A stretch of 64,000 nucleotides of DNA from NCBI GenBank assembly GCA_963675245.1, contig OY775910.1, positions 896,001-960,000 on the forward strand, given 5' to 3'. The translations under genes were made by a program, and so were the position numbers. Origin of the DNA: Acholeplasmataceae bacterium (GTDB taxonomy: Bacteria > Bacillota_I > Bacilli_A > Acholeplasmatales > Acholeplasmataceae). This document shows positions 49,825-58,975 of the stretch, piece after piece. Numbering within the stretch: position 1 is the stretch's first letter; each line of letters starts with the position of its first letter. The notes under the pieces were generated by a model. It searched no databases, was not told where the DNA came from, and saw nothing but the letters and a program-made list of their open reading frames with translations.

Positions 49825-50250
49825 ATGAAACGTATGAAAGTAAGAATCGTTGATATGTATAAATTTCAAGAGAATAATGCAATTTATTTTGGACTTGATT
49901 TTAATTATTCTCAAGAATTTAACGTTTATGCAATTATGCAATCACATCGAAAAAAATACATACTTATTTATTTAAAACAAATAACAACATTAGGTTTTTA
50001 TCAATTGGGTGATGAATTCAAAATTATTGATGATGAAATTGATGAGCATTGGGTATTTGAAAAGAAATACAAAGGTGGTTATCAAATTTGTGGTGGTGGA
50101 GTATGTTATTTTCAACCAATCAAATATAAGAATGTATATGCGCCTCAATGGATGATTGAAGATAAAAGATTCTTCTTAGAGTTAATAGAAGAACCCAAAA
50201 TAGCTTTAAACAAATTCATGGATTACGAAATAAATAAAAAAATTTCATAA
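49825..50250 (+). CDS. Putative cognate immunity protein of the RHS toxin
   Basis: Small ORF starting 3 nt after the toxin stop; AGGAG fits an alternative start at 49834. The function call rests on position only. Confidence 0.65.
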   Translation: MKRMKVRIVDMYKFQENNAIYFGLDFNYSQEFNVYAIMQSHRKKYILIYLKQITTLGFYQLGDEFKIIDDEIDEHWVFEKKYKGGYQICGGGVCYFQPIKYKNVYAPQWMIEDKRFFLELIEEPKIALNKFMDYEINKKIS

Positions 50251-50306
50251 ATATTTGTTAATCACGTCCATCTATTACAGTGGTTATGCCTGACTAAATT
50301 ACTCCG

Positions 50307-50948
50307 TTGATGTATTTGGACATAACCGGACATTCATGGGAATCGTTTTGGAATGGTGTTAGAGATTGGTTTAGCGAACATCAAACCGAAATTATTATTG
50401 GTACCGCATTTATAGTAGCAGGTATTTTGACAATGGGAGCTGCTGCTGCAATCGGTGGAGCAACATTTGCTGGTGTAATGACTGCGATGGGATCAGCAGC
50501 ATTATCATCAGCGATTCAAGTTGGAATCACCATGGGTATTAGTGCGACAATTGGTGGTACAATCTCTGCCATTTCGGGAAATGGGTTTTGGGGTGGCTTT
50601 GGTGATGGACTAGCTAGTGGGTATATGTGGGGTGGAATATTCGCCGGAACTGCTCAATTGATTAGTGGTGGATTCAAAATTGCTGCTACATTTGGAGCTA
50701 AAACTGGTATCAAAGGCGGTTTTAAATTGATGTCTAATGTCAAAGTTTTGTCTCCTAACAACCTTGGACACTATGAAGCAGGTGGTACTTTATTGAAGGT
50801 AGGAAATATTGTGTCAAGATATGGAAAAAACGTCCGATTTGATGTAGGAGCTAGAACGTTTTTACATTTGAATATTCAACTTGCAAAAAATTATCATTTA
50901 TATTTTGCGAAATATTTAGCAGGTATCATAGGAGGACTTCAATCTTGA
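50307..50948 (+). CDS. Orphan RHS C-terminal toxin module (probably untranslated)
   Basis: Begins MYLDITG, matching the core end MYLDISG; 18-bp identity with 49184-49201; Gly/Ala-rich hydrophobic region followed by a different tip; no RBS seen. Confidence 0.8.
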   Translation: MMYLDITGHSWESFWNGVRDWFSEHQTEIIIGTAFIVAGILTMGAAAAIGGATFAGVMTAMGSAALSSAIQVGITMGISATIGGTISAISGNGFWGGFGDGLASGYMWGGIFAGTAQLISGGFKIAATFGAKTGIKGGFKLMSNVKVLSPNNLGHYEAGGTLLKVGNIVSRYGKNVRFDVGARTFLHLNIQLAKNYHLYFAKYLAGIIGGLQS

Positions 50949-51415
50949 AAAAAATAATTAAGCGTATTGAAATTATAACTAATAGTGTGAATTTATGGTT
51001 TCCAGATTTAATGGAAATAGAAAAATTTTCTGAGATATTTAAACTCTTCCATGCGAAATATTTGTTTGCAAAGTTCTATTTAGAGAGCGACGTAGCTATT
51101 GAAAACGATTTTAATTTTAACGATAGTGCTATTAGGATTCTGAAAAAAAGTCACTCAAAAAAAATGAATCAGTATGCAGTGTGTTTTCCGCTAGAATATT
51201 CAGTTTATCTTATCAGTATTGCAGATAAGTATAACACGACTTTAGAAATAGTAAGTGGTATATTAGAGGATTGGGAGATATTTCTGTTTGAACATAATTT
51301 GTCAAACAGTCCAGTGAGTTTTGTTGTGAATGATAATAATGGTTCGGGATTAACATTTGATTCAAGAAAGTTCAACACACAAAATATTATTGATAACATA
51401 GAAGAAATAATTTAA
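50945..51415 (+). CDS. Putative immunity protein for the orphan CT
   Basis: Overlaps the orphan stop by 4 nt; RBS AGGAGG lies within the CT 3' end. Confidence 0.65.
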   Translation: MKKIIKRIEIITNSVNLWFPDLMEIEKFSEIFKLFHAKYLFAKFYLESDVAIENDFNFNDSAIRILKKSHSKKMNQYAVCFPLEYSVYLISIADKYNTTLEIVSGILEDWEIFLFEHNLSNSPVSFVVNDNNGSGLTFDSRKFNTQNIIDNIEEII

Positions 51416-51540
51416 CTATGGCAGTAATTTATAATACGCTAACAAAATTTGTTTCCATGATTCAAGTATAGTTGATGAATTGATATAATATAGGTAACTA
51501 AAAAACTAAGTACAACGTTATGGCGCTATTTATGTACATG

Positions 51541-51779
51541 ACTCCAGTGATATACAAAGATAGTGCAATACACTCATGGGAATCATTATTGGAACTGCAT
51601 GTATAATTTCAGATATTTTTGATGTGGGTGCTACTGTAGCAATTGGAGTTGTAATATTTACAGGTGTAACAACATTAATGGGATTGGCAGCGATATCCTT
51701 CAGCGATTTAAGTTGGAATCAGCTTTGTATCATAAGTGTGTGGCTAAACCAATTGATTATATCATATCACATGTTATAA
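51541..51779 (+). pseudogene. Decayed second orphan RHS-CT, paralogous to 50307-50948
   Basis: TPVIYKDSAIHSWES, then in another frame IIGTACIISDIFDVGATVAIGVVIFTGVTTLMGLAA, aligning with HSWES...IIGTAFIVAGILTMGAAAAIGGATFAGVMTAMGSAA. Confidence 0.75.
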
Positions 51780-51862
51780 GTGACAACGTTCAGACATTAG
51801 CAAATTTCAATACTAAATTTTTTGATTATAATGAAGTGATCATAAAAAAACTAAAATATTAA

Positions 51863-52045
51863 AAAACATATGAAGAAATTAATCAGCAAGTCATTAGTTT
51901 ATTATCATATATAGAGAGTCACGACATGTGGGATATTAATTTTTCTTGGGGACAATATAATGACGTATTTAAAACCATTAAACCGTTTTGGCAGTCTATT
52001 ACAACCATTAAAAATTATCGTTTCATTTGTGACAAAGTTATTTAA
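51863..52045 (+). pseudogene. 3' remnant of the gene begun at 42351
   Basis: Start-less 60-codon frame KTYEEINQQVISLLSYIESHDMWDINFSWGQYNDVFKTIKPFWQSITTIKNYRFICDKVI*, resembling the W.I.W.W..Y....A...W C-terminus of the same family (recalled). Confidence 0.5.
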
Positions 52046-52114
52046 ATCATCTTATGATATAATTAGGAAAAGACCATTGCTTTATTGGTTTACTATATGA
52101 AAGCGAGGCTGATT

Positions 52115-52420
52115 ATGGATTACAAGTCGCGATTTGCAAACGAAGACATAGATGTCTTATATGATATGTTGTTATTGTTAGAATCAAAAGAAGAGTGTTA
52201 TAGACTCTTCGAAGATTTATGCACAATTAAAGAAATTCAGGATATGGCTTTACGATTAAAGGTAGCTCTAATGTTGAAAGAAGGAATTTCTTATCAAGAA
52301 ATTGCTGATAAGACTTCAGCTTCAACGGCAACGATTTCAAGAGTGAGTAAATCTTTGATTTATGGTGCTAATGGATATCAACAATTATTAGATAAATATA
52401 AAAAGAACAAGACCAAGTAG
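52115..52420 (+). CDS. yerC: YerC/YecD TrpR-like regulator (HisR)
   Basis: ECYRLFEDLCTIKEI..MA.RL.VA.ML...SY.EI...T.ASTATISRV..SL.YG.NGY. Confidence 0.9.
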   Translation: MDYKSRFANEDIDVLYDMLLLLESKEECYRLFEDLCTIKEIQDMALRLKVALMLKEGISYQEIADKTSASTATISRVSKSLIYGANGYQQLLDKYKKNKTK

Positions 52421-52450
52421 GTTTTGTTTTTTTAATAAAATACACTTTTG

Positions 52451-52482
52451 CACTTTACAATGATAAAGTATTAAAGTATAAT
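52451..52482 (+). promoter_or_regulatory. HisR-type palindromic operator overlapping a sigma-A promoter
   Basis: CACTTTA-CAATGA-TAAAGTA (52451-52470); -35 TTTACA 52454-52459, 17 bp, -10 TATAAT 52477-52482. Confidence 0.75.
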
Positions 52483-52503
52483 GGTGCATGAGGTGAAGAA
52501 AAA

Positions 52504-53292
52504 ATGAAGAAAATATTAACGATTTTAGTTGTTTTAGTCACAGTCATTCTACTAGTGGGTTGTACAAATGATATACCAAACACATTAGATGAGATTGAAG
52601 CGAGAGGTTATTTCATTGTTGGATTAGACGATACATTTGCACCAATGGGATTTAGAGACAAAGATGGCAACATTGTTGGATTTGACGTTGATCTAGCAAA
52701 AGAGTTTGCTGATCGACTTGGTGTCGAAGTAAGATTTCAACCAATTGATTGGGATGCAAAAGTTCTAGAATTGAATAGTGGCACAATTGATATGATTTGG
52801 AATGGTTTAACCATTACAGATTCAAGATTAGAAGAAATGAGTTTCTCTAATGCATATATTGCCAATACACAAATGATTATGACACGTGATGGATCGACGA
52901 TTAATACAATTGCTGATTTAAGTGGTTTAACTATTGGTGTTCAAACATCTTCAGCAGCGCAAGAAGCTGTAGAAGCAAACGCCGCTTATGATTCATTTGG
53001 CTCCGTATTAACATACGATGATTATAATCAAGCGTTACTAGAATTACAAAACGGTTTGATAGATGCTGTGGTAATCGATGAAATTATGGGTCGCTATGTG
53101 ATTAGTCAATCTGATTATAATTATCAAGTAGCAAGTGAAAACTTTGGTGCTGAAGAATATGGTATTGGATTTAGATTAGAAGCAACCGATTTAAGGGATG
53201 CCTTTAATCAAGTCTTATCAGAGATTATTACTGATGGTACAGCTGCAACTATTAGTACGACTTGGTTTAATGAGGATATCTTCCTAGATTAA
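52504..53292 (+). CDS. Polar amino-acid ABC transporter substrate-binding lipoprotein (probably histidine)
   Basis: Lipobox LVGC, GLDDTFAPMGF, GFDVDLA, IDWD, EEYGIGFR; HisR operator upstream. Confidence 0.88.
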   Translation: MKKILTILVVLVTVILLVGCTNDIPNTLDEIEARGYFIVGLDDTFAPMGFRDKDGNIVGFDVDLAKEFADRLGVEVRFQPIDWDAKVLELNSGTIDMIWNGLTITDSRLEEMSFSNAYIANTQMIMTRDGSTINTIADLSGLTIGVQTSSAAQEAVEANAAYDSFGSVLTYDDYNQALLELQNGLIDAVVIDEIMGRYVISQSDYNYQVASENFGAEEYGIGFRLEATDLRDAFNQVLSEIITDGTAATISTTWFNEDIFLD

Positions 53293-53939
53293 TGGATTAC
53301 TTAATTGAAATTATTTCATATTTGTCTCGTGGAGCAGGCGTATCAATATTAATATTTATTGTTACGCTTGCTCTCTCTTTCCCTATTAGTTTATTACTAT
53401 CCAGGTTATATCGGGTCAATATGATATTAAGAAAAATCATTCAATTCTATACGTGGTTGTTCAGAGGAACACCACTCATTTTGCAACTCTTTTTCTTTAT
53501 GTATGGCTTACCAGTATTAGGCATACCTGTTGATCGGATGATGGTTGCGTATGTGACGTTCGCCTTGAACTATGGTGCTTATTTTACAGAAATATTAAGA
53601 GCGGGTATCGAAAACGTTGCTAAAGATCAGATTGAAAGTGCAGCGGTCATGGGGGCATCTCATCGAGTGATTTTTAATCGTATTATTTTTCCTCAAGCCA
53701 TTCGGATCCAATTACCAACCATAACAAATGAAGTGATTACACTGATTAAAGATACGTCATTAGTCACGGTGATTGCGATATCTGATTTGATGAGAGGCGT
53801 TAGGGAAATAGTTTCTAGAGATTTTACAATATCACCATTCGCGGTTGCTGCAGTTTTCTATTTAGTATTCAGTTTTGTAATTGTTAGTATTTTGAGAAGT
53901 GTAGAGAAAAAATATGATTTTCTAGAAAATACCATTTAA
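53292..53939 (+). CDS. Amino-acid ABC transporter permease
   Basis: FRGTPLILQL, AYFTEILRAG, LIKDTSL. Confidence 0.92.
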   Translation: MDYLIEIISYLSRGAGVSILIFIVTLALSFPISLLLSRLYRVNMILRKIIQFYTWLFRGTPLILQLFFFMYGLPVLGIPVDRMMVAYVTFALNYGAYFTEILRAGIENVAKDQIESAAVMGASHRVIFNRIIFPQAIRIQLPTITNEVITLIKDTSLVTVIAISDLMRGVREIVSRDFTISPFAVAAVFYLVFSFVIVSILRSVEKKYDFLENTI

Positions 53940-53943
53940 ATGA

Positions 53944-53966
53944 AGTAGACGCAGGTCTGCTTTTTT
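53944..53966 (+). terminator. Intrinsic terminator
   Basis: AGTAGAC-GCAG-GTCTGCT followed by a T-run. Confidence 0.65.
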
Positions 53967-54065
53967 AATGTAGAAAAGTCTAGTTAAAAGATAGAATCAT
54001 ATGTGCAATCTTAACATTTTTGTTGTACAATAACATCAAGATAAATAAATCCTGAGGTGTTCAAA

Positions 54066-54800
54066 ATGTTGATTTTAGCGGCTATACAGGACTATGCTGT
54101 ATCAAGGGAGTTAAATACATTATATATTATGCTCGATATTGTGTTTCTAGGTGTTCTAGGTTACTTGTTACTAAAGACTAAAAGAAAACTAGCATTTTAT
54201 TTTGGTGTAGCTGGAGCGCTACTTTACTTCTTTGTTGATTATGGTATTTTTTACTTACTATTAGGAACTAGAGAAGTTATTGGTGCGAATACCATGTTAT
54301 TCCTGCTTTGGCTATCAACGAGTTATGGGTTTACTAATTTTGTTTGGATATGGTTATTATTAGATCGAGATAAAAGGTTAATTGAGTGGTCATCTTTGAT
54401 ATTAGTTGGATGGTTAAGTGTAGCACTTATTGCACAAAGCTTTGGTTCTAACTTCGCTGTTATTCAAATCACAAGAAATGTTGGAAGTTATCATGGATGG
54501 ATGGCCATCATGCTCTTTGCTGGTTATGCATACGTCATTGTTAGAAATCTAGTAAGCAAAGATGAGGAAAGAATTCCGATACTTAGGTTACTCATGATAG
54601 GTATTATTGTCCAGTTTTCTTGGGAAACAATTTTACTAATCACAGGTATTAGACCACAAGGGTGGAATCCACTAGTCATTAATTCATTATTAGAAACAAA
54701 TTTAGGTATTCCATATTTATACTTTATTCATAAAGCTTTAAAAAAACGATTCTCAGAAGCACCTGAGATGGGTTTAGCAAGAGAAGTAGCAACCAATTAA
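54066..54800 (+). CDS. Hypothetical multi-pass membrane protein
   Basis: About seven hydrophobic segments; RBS GAGGTG before ATG 54066. Confidence 0.78.
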   Translation: MLILAAIQDYAVSRELNTLYIMLDIVFLGVLGYLLLKTKRKLAFYFGVAGALLYFFVDYGIFYLLLGTREVIGANTMLFLLWLSTSYGFTNFVWIWLLLDRDKRLIEWSSLILVGWLSVALIAQSFGSNFAVIQITRNVGSYHGWMAIMLFAGYAYVIVRNLVSKDEERIPILRLLMIGIIVQFSWETILLITGIRPQGWNPLVINSLLETNLGIPYLYFIHKALKKRFSEAPEMGLAREVATN

Positions 54801-54811
54801 ATCATTTGAAC

Positions 54812-54851
54812 AAGCCATGGATGATCTTAAAATATCCATGGCTTACTTTTT
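54812..54851 (+). terminator. Intrinsic terminator
   Basis: AAGCCATGGAT...ATCCATGGCTT followed by a T-run. Confidence 0.7.
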
Positions 54852-54913
54852 GTAAGCTTTTGAAAGGTTTATTTGATTTTAGCATGGTATGATAACTATG
54901 GAAGGTGATTAGA

Positions 54914-55738
54914 TTGCCAAAAATCAAACAAATAGCATTACGAGTTAAACAATTAGATAACGTGACACAATTTTATAAGAATGTATTAGGAATGACTTTG
55001 CATGTCTCATCAGATAAAGAAGTGACTTTAGGCACAAAAGATCGTATTTTATTGAAATTGATAACAGATCCATCATACACAGATCCTAAAGAACCAGTGG
55101 CAGGTTTATATCATGTCGCCTATCTTTTACCTGAAAGAAAATACTTAGCATCATTTTTAAACCACATTATTGATGAAAGAATACCTGTTGAAGGTGCATC
55201 TGATCATGGTGTGAGTGAAGCGATTTATTTAAGAGATCCCGAAGGAAATGGTATTGAAGTCTATGTCGATAGACCAAAATCAATGTGGCCAATGAAAAAT
55301 GGGCAAATTGAAATGTATACAAATGCGATGGATATAGCAGATGTCATGATACTTAAAGAAACATTCAAAGGGTTACCATTAGGTACAAGAATCGGACATG
55401 TACATCATCATGTAAGTGACATAATATCTCATGAAGTATATTATAAAAAAGGATTAGGGATGGACTTAGTATTACAATATGGTGGTAGTGCATCATTCCT
55501 TTCATATGATGGTTATCATCATCACGTAGGCATTAATGTTTGGAAAGGAAGAGGCATTCATTCTCCTAAGAAAACAGATTTTGGATTAGATGTTGTCACG
55601 ATGTCTTATGAACATGCATCTGATATTGAAAAAATTGCAAATCAGTTAAGTGAAAACAACTATCTTGTTAACAAACAAGATGGCAACCTTTATACAGAAG
55701 ATCCATCAGGTCACGGTTGGTTGCTTGTCTTAGAATAA
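54914..55738 (+). CDS. VOC/glyoxalase-family protein, CatE-like ring-cleavage dioxygenase
   Basis: GLYHVAYLLP, GASDHGVSEAIYLRDPEGNGIEVYVDRP, IGHVH, GYHHHVGINVW. Confidence 0.85.
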   Translation: MPKIKQIALRVKQLDNVTQFYKNVLGMTLHVSSDKEVTLGTKDRILLKLITDPSYTDPKEPVAGLYHVAYLLPERKYLASFLNHIIDERIPVEGASDHGVSEAIYLRDPEGNGIEVYVDRPKSMWPMKNGQIEMYTNAMDIADVMILKETFKGLPLGTRIGHVHHHVSDIISHEVYYKKGLGMDLVLQYGGSASFLSYDGYHHHVGINVWKGRGIHSPKKTDFGLDVVTMSYEHASDIEKIANQLSENNYLVNKQDGNLYTEDPSGHGWLLVLE

Positions 55739-55807
55739 AATAACGTAAAAACGTTTTCAACAAATATGGGTATTGTTTTTTTATAAAAATTGACTATAAT
55801 CATATTA

Positions 55808-56138
55808 AGCGATGAACAAGAGTAGTATTGCAATGCGTCATGCCTAGAGAGTTGATGGTCGGTGTAAATCAACGTTACGATTGTAAGAACGTGCTTGGGA
55901 GCTTTTAAATCGAAGTTTTGAGGTTTAAACGTATGCCGGCGTTAACGGTTTGAGTGCTATGATAATCATAGAACTAAGGTGGTACCGCGATATTTTCGTC
56001 CTTAGATTTTTTCTAAGGGCGTTTTCTTTTTGGTACGATCACTTATACATTGTATGAGTTGTTTTATGTTATTGTAGAAACAAGGTGGTACCGCGGAATT
56101 TCCGTCCTTGGCATATATTATGCCAGGGACGTTTTTTT
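55808..56138 (+). promoter_or_regulatory. Arginine T-box riboswitch with a duplicated antiterminator/terminator
   Basis: Stem I (AGTA, AGAGA, GGTGTAA); specifier GAA-CGT-G (55890-55892); AAGGTGGTACCGCG at 55976 and 56082, each followed by CGTCCTT and its own terminator. Confidence 0.9.
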
Positions 56139-56176
56139 ATTAAAAAAAATTAAAAAAAGAAAAAGAGGTAAGAAAA

Positions 56177-56974
56177 ATGAAAAAATTATTTATGGTAGGT
56201 GTACTTGTACTTACAGTTGTATTTTTACAAGCATGTTCAGCATCAAATGTCTATACGTATGTGATTGATGATTCATATACAGAATTTATCACGATGGGAA
56301 CATCAGCAGATTATGCACCATATGAATGGCCAATGGCAGTTGATGGTGAACAAACAATTGTTGGCATTGATATTGAAATTGCTAAAAAGATTGCTGCTGC
56401 AGTTGGTAAGAATTTAAAAGTTGTTAATAAAGGATTTGATTTCTTATTAGAAGATTTGGTAGATGGCAAAGTAGACTTTGTTATCGCTGGAATGACACCA
56501 ACAGAAGAACGTGAAGAACAAGTTGATTTCTCTATCGTATACTATGAAGCAACACAAGTTATTTTAATGAGTGCTGATGATGTTGATACATATGAAACGA
56601 TTGAATCACTTGATCAAGATACCGTTAAAATTGGCGCACAATTAGGGTCTATTCAACAAGATTTAGTTGTTGATACATTCAGTCATGTTCAAACACAATT
56701 TGTTCAGACATTACCTGATTTAGTATTAAACTTAACAAGTGGTCAATTAACAGCTGTTGTCATGGAGAAACCAGTTGCTGATGGTTATGTGTTAAACCAA
56801 ACAGGTCTAGCAATTAGCAGTATCTCGATCGGAGATCCAGATGGTGGTTCAGCAGTTGCCGTCCAAAGTGGTGATACTGAATTGTTAGCGATTATTAATC
56901 AAGTGTTACAAGGTTTAATTGATTCAGGAGAGATGGATCAAATCGTTGCAGACGCAATTCTTTTAAATAGTTAG
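56177..56974 (+). CDS. Amino-acid ABC transporter substrate-binding lipoprotein (probably arginine)
   Basis: Lipobox LQAC, GTSADYAPYE, GIDIEIA, AGMTPTEER, GAQLGSIQ; Arg T-box upstream. Confidence 0.88.
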   Translation: MKKLFMVGVLVLTVVFLQACSASNVYTYVIDDSYTEFITMGTSADYAPYEWPMAVDGEQTIVGIDIEIAKKIAAAVGKNLKVVNKGFDFLLEDLVDGKVDFVIAGMTPTEEREEQVDFSIVYYEATQVILMSADDVDTYETIESLDQDTVKIGAQLGSIQQDLVVDTFSHVQTQFVQTLPDLVLNLTSGQLTAVVMEKPVADGYVLNQTGLAISSISIGDPDGGSAVAVQSGDTELLAIINQVLQGLIDSGEMDQIVADAILLNS

Positions 56975-56977
56975 TCA

Positions 56978-57655
56978 ATGGATTTCGGTTTTCTTCTTGA
57001 TCCATACTATATCAGTATTTTCTTAAGAGGACTTGGGATGACACTGCTCTTAGCAGTCATCTCAGTCATCTTGGGATCACTTTTGGGTCTTATACCCGCA
57101 TTCATGCGGTTATCTAAACATAAAATATTAAATATCATAGCGATGTCATACACAGAAGTCATTCGTGGGACACCGCTTTTGGTCCAAGTATTGTTGATAT
57201 ATTCTTTTGTGAGAATTCCTGTAACGATTGTCATGGGAATCGATTTATCAAGTTTTATACCAGGTATGATTGCATTGCTTATCAATTCAAGTGCTTATGT
57301 ATCTGAAGTCTTCAGAGCTGGTATTTTATCGATTGATCGTGGTCAAACAGAAGCTTCTTTGAGCTTGGGTATGAATGAAAAACAAACGATGTTTTTAATT
57401 GTCTTACCACAAGCCATTAAAAACATCATTCCTGCATTGGGGAATGAGTTTGTAACGATGATTAAAGAAACCTCTATATTTATGTATTTAGGTATAGCTG
57501 AATTGATGTATAGTGCTGTCATTGTTAGAAGTTCGACATATGCTGTTAAAGAATCATATATTGTCGTTGCTGTACTATATTTCTTGTTGACATTCCCAAC
57601 ATCTAAATTCATGGGATACTTAGAAAGGAGGTTCAAGAAAGCAGATGCAAGATAA
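56978..57655 (+). CDS. Amino-acid ABC transporter permease
   Basis: [30 protein letters not shown]. Confidence 0.92.
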   Translation: MDFGFLLDPYYISIFLRGLGMTLLLAVISVILGSLLGLIPAFMRLSKHKILNIIAMSYTEVIRGTPLLVQVLLIYSFVRIPVTIVMGIDLSSFIPGMIALLINSSAYVSEVFRAGILSIDRGQTEASLSLGMNEKQTMFLIVLPQAIKNIIPALGNEFVTMIKETSIFMYLGIAELMYSAVIVRSSTYAVKESYIVVAVLYFLLTFPTSKFMGYLERRFKKADAR

Positions 57656-58385
57656 AATTTTAATCAAAGATTTAAATAAAACATTTAGTGATGGCACAGT
57701 GGCTTTAAAGTCTTGTTCATTAGAAATTGATTACAAACAAGTTACAGTGATTATTGGACCTTCAGGATCAGGTAAATCAACGTTACTTCGCATGCTCAAT
57801 TTAATGGAAAAACCAACAGCTGGAGATATACTATTTGATAACGTATCAATTCTTGATAAAGACTTTGATGCTCATAAACATCGTGAGAAAGTGGGTATGG
57901 TTTTTCAAAACTTTAATTTATTTCCACATTTATCGGTATTGAAAAACTTAAATGTTGCACAAATGAATGTGTTAAAAAGAACAGAAAAAGTTGCTACAGA
58001 AATTTCAGAGGGGTTATTATATCAAGTCGGTTTATTAGAGAAAGTAAATAATTACCCTAATCAATTATCTGGTGGACAGAAACAAAGAATCGCAATAGCA
58101 AGAGCTTTAACAATGCATCCTGATATCATTTTATTTGATGAACCGACCTCTGCACTTGATCCTGAAATGATTGGTGAAGTATTGAAGGTTATGAAAGATT
58201 TAGCCGCTTCAGGTATGACGATGGTCGTTGTGACACATGAAATGGATTTTGCAAAAGAATTTGCAGATAAAGTCATCGTGATGGATGAAGGAAACATTAT
58301 TGAAGAAGGCACGCCAGAAGTGATTTTTAATCAACCACAAAATCCTAGAACAAAACTGTTTTTAAAAAGAATTTTAGAACGATAA
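57645..58385 (+). CDS. Amino-acid ABC transporter ATP-binding protein (GlnQ-like)
   Basis: [41 protein letters not shown]. Confidence 0.94.
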   Translation: MQDKILIKDLNKTFSDGTVALKSCSLEIDYKQVTVIIGPSGSGKSTLLRMLNLMEKPTAGDILFDNVSILDKDFDAHKHREKVGMVFQNFNLFPHLSVLKNLNVAQMNVLKRTEKVATEISEGLLYQVGLLEKVNNYPNQLSGGQKQRIAIARALTMHPDIILFDEPTSALDPEMIGEVLKVMKDLAASGMTMVVVTHEMDFAKEFADKVIVMDEGNIIEEGTPEVIFNQPQNPRTKLFLKRILER

Positions 58386-58476
58386 ACTAACCATTTACTG
58401 CAATGCATATTAGATTTATGAGGCAGATTTCCATGATATAATAATGATAAATAAGTTATATTATTTGGAGGGTTTT

Positions 58477-58965
58477 ATGAGTCTGTATCAAATTAGCGTT
58501 GAAAACATTAATCATGAAGTTGTTTTATTAGAAAAATTTAAAGGTAATGTCTTACTAATAGTTAACACTGCGACAAAATGTTTTTTTACACCTCAATATG
58601 AAGGGCTTCAACAACTTTATAAAACATATCATGATCAAGGATTTGAGATTCTTGACTTTCCTTGTAATCAGTTTGGTAAAGATGCCCCTGGTTCTATAGA
58701 AGAGATTGATGAATTCTGTGTAGAAACATATGAGACAAGTTTTCCTAGATTTCAAAAAATTGAAGTTAATGGTAAAGATGAAAATATCTTATTTACTTAT
58801 TTGAAAAGACATGAAAAAGGATTCTTAAACCAAAAAATCAAGTGGAATTTTACGAAGTTTTTAGTAGATCAAGAAGGTCGCGTCATTAAACGTTATTCGC
58901 CACGTACAAAACCAGAGAAGATTGCTAAAGACATTGAGAAATTATTAACAGAGAAAAAGGCTTAG
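58477..58965 (+). CDS. Cys-type glutathione peroxidase family protein
   Basis: VNTATKC, FPCNQFG, IKWNFTKFL. Confidence 0.92.
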   Translation: MSLYQISVENINHEVVLLEKFKGNVLLIVNTATKCFFTPQYEGLQQLYKTYHDQGFEILDFPCNQFGKDAPGSIEEIDEFCVETYETSFPRFQKIEVNGKDENILFTYLKRHEKGFLNQKIKWNFTKFLVDQEGRVIKRYSPRTKPEKIAKDIEKLLTEKKA

Positions 58966-58975
58966 GAGAATTGAT

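Noticed and set aside
49184..51779. Repeats as a diversity-generating retroelement template/variable pair
   Set aside because: No reverse transcriptase in the window, and the differences are not adenine-specific; orphan RHS modules explain them.
42351..52045. Island as a prophage, ICE or IS-bounded transposon
   Set aside because: No integrase, transposase, terminal inverted repeats or target-site duplication could be seen.
55745..55758. cre-like TAAAAACGTTTTCA upstream of the Arg T-box promoter
   Set aside because: Mismatch at the conserved TG in an AT-rich context; too weak to call.
56050..56268. 72-aa ORF upstream of the Arg SBP
   Set aside because: Runs through the second T-box/terminator and overlaps the SBP start out of frame; the region is a riboswitch leader.
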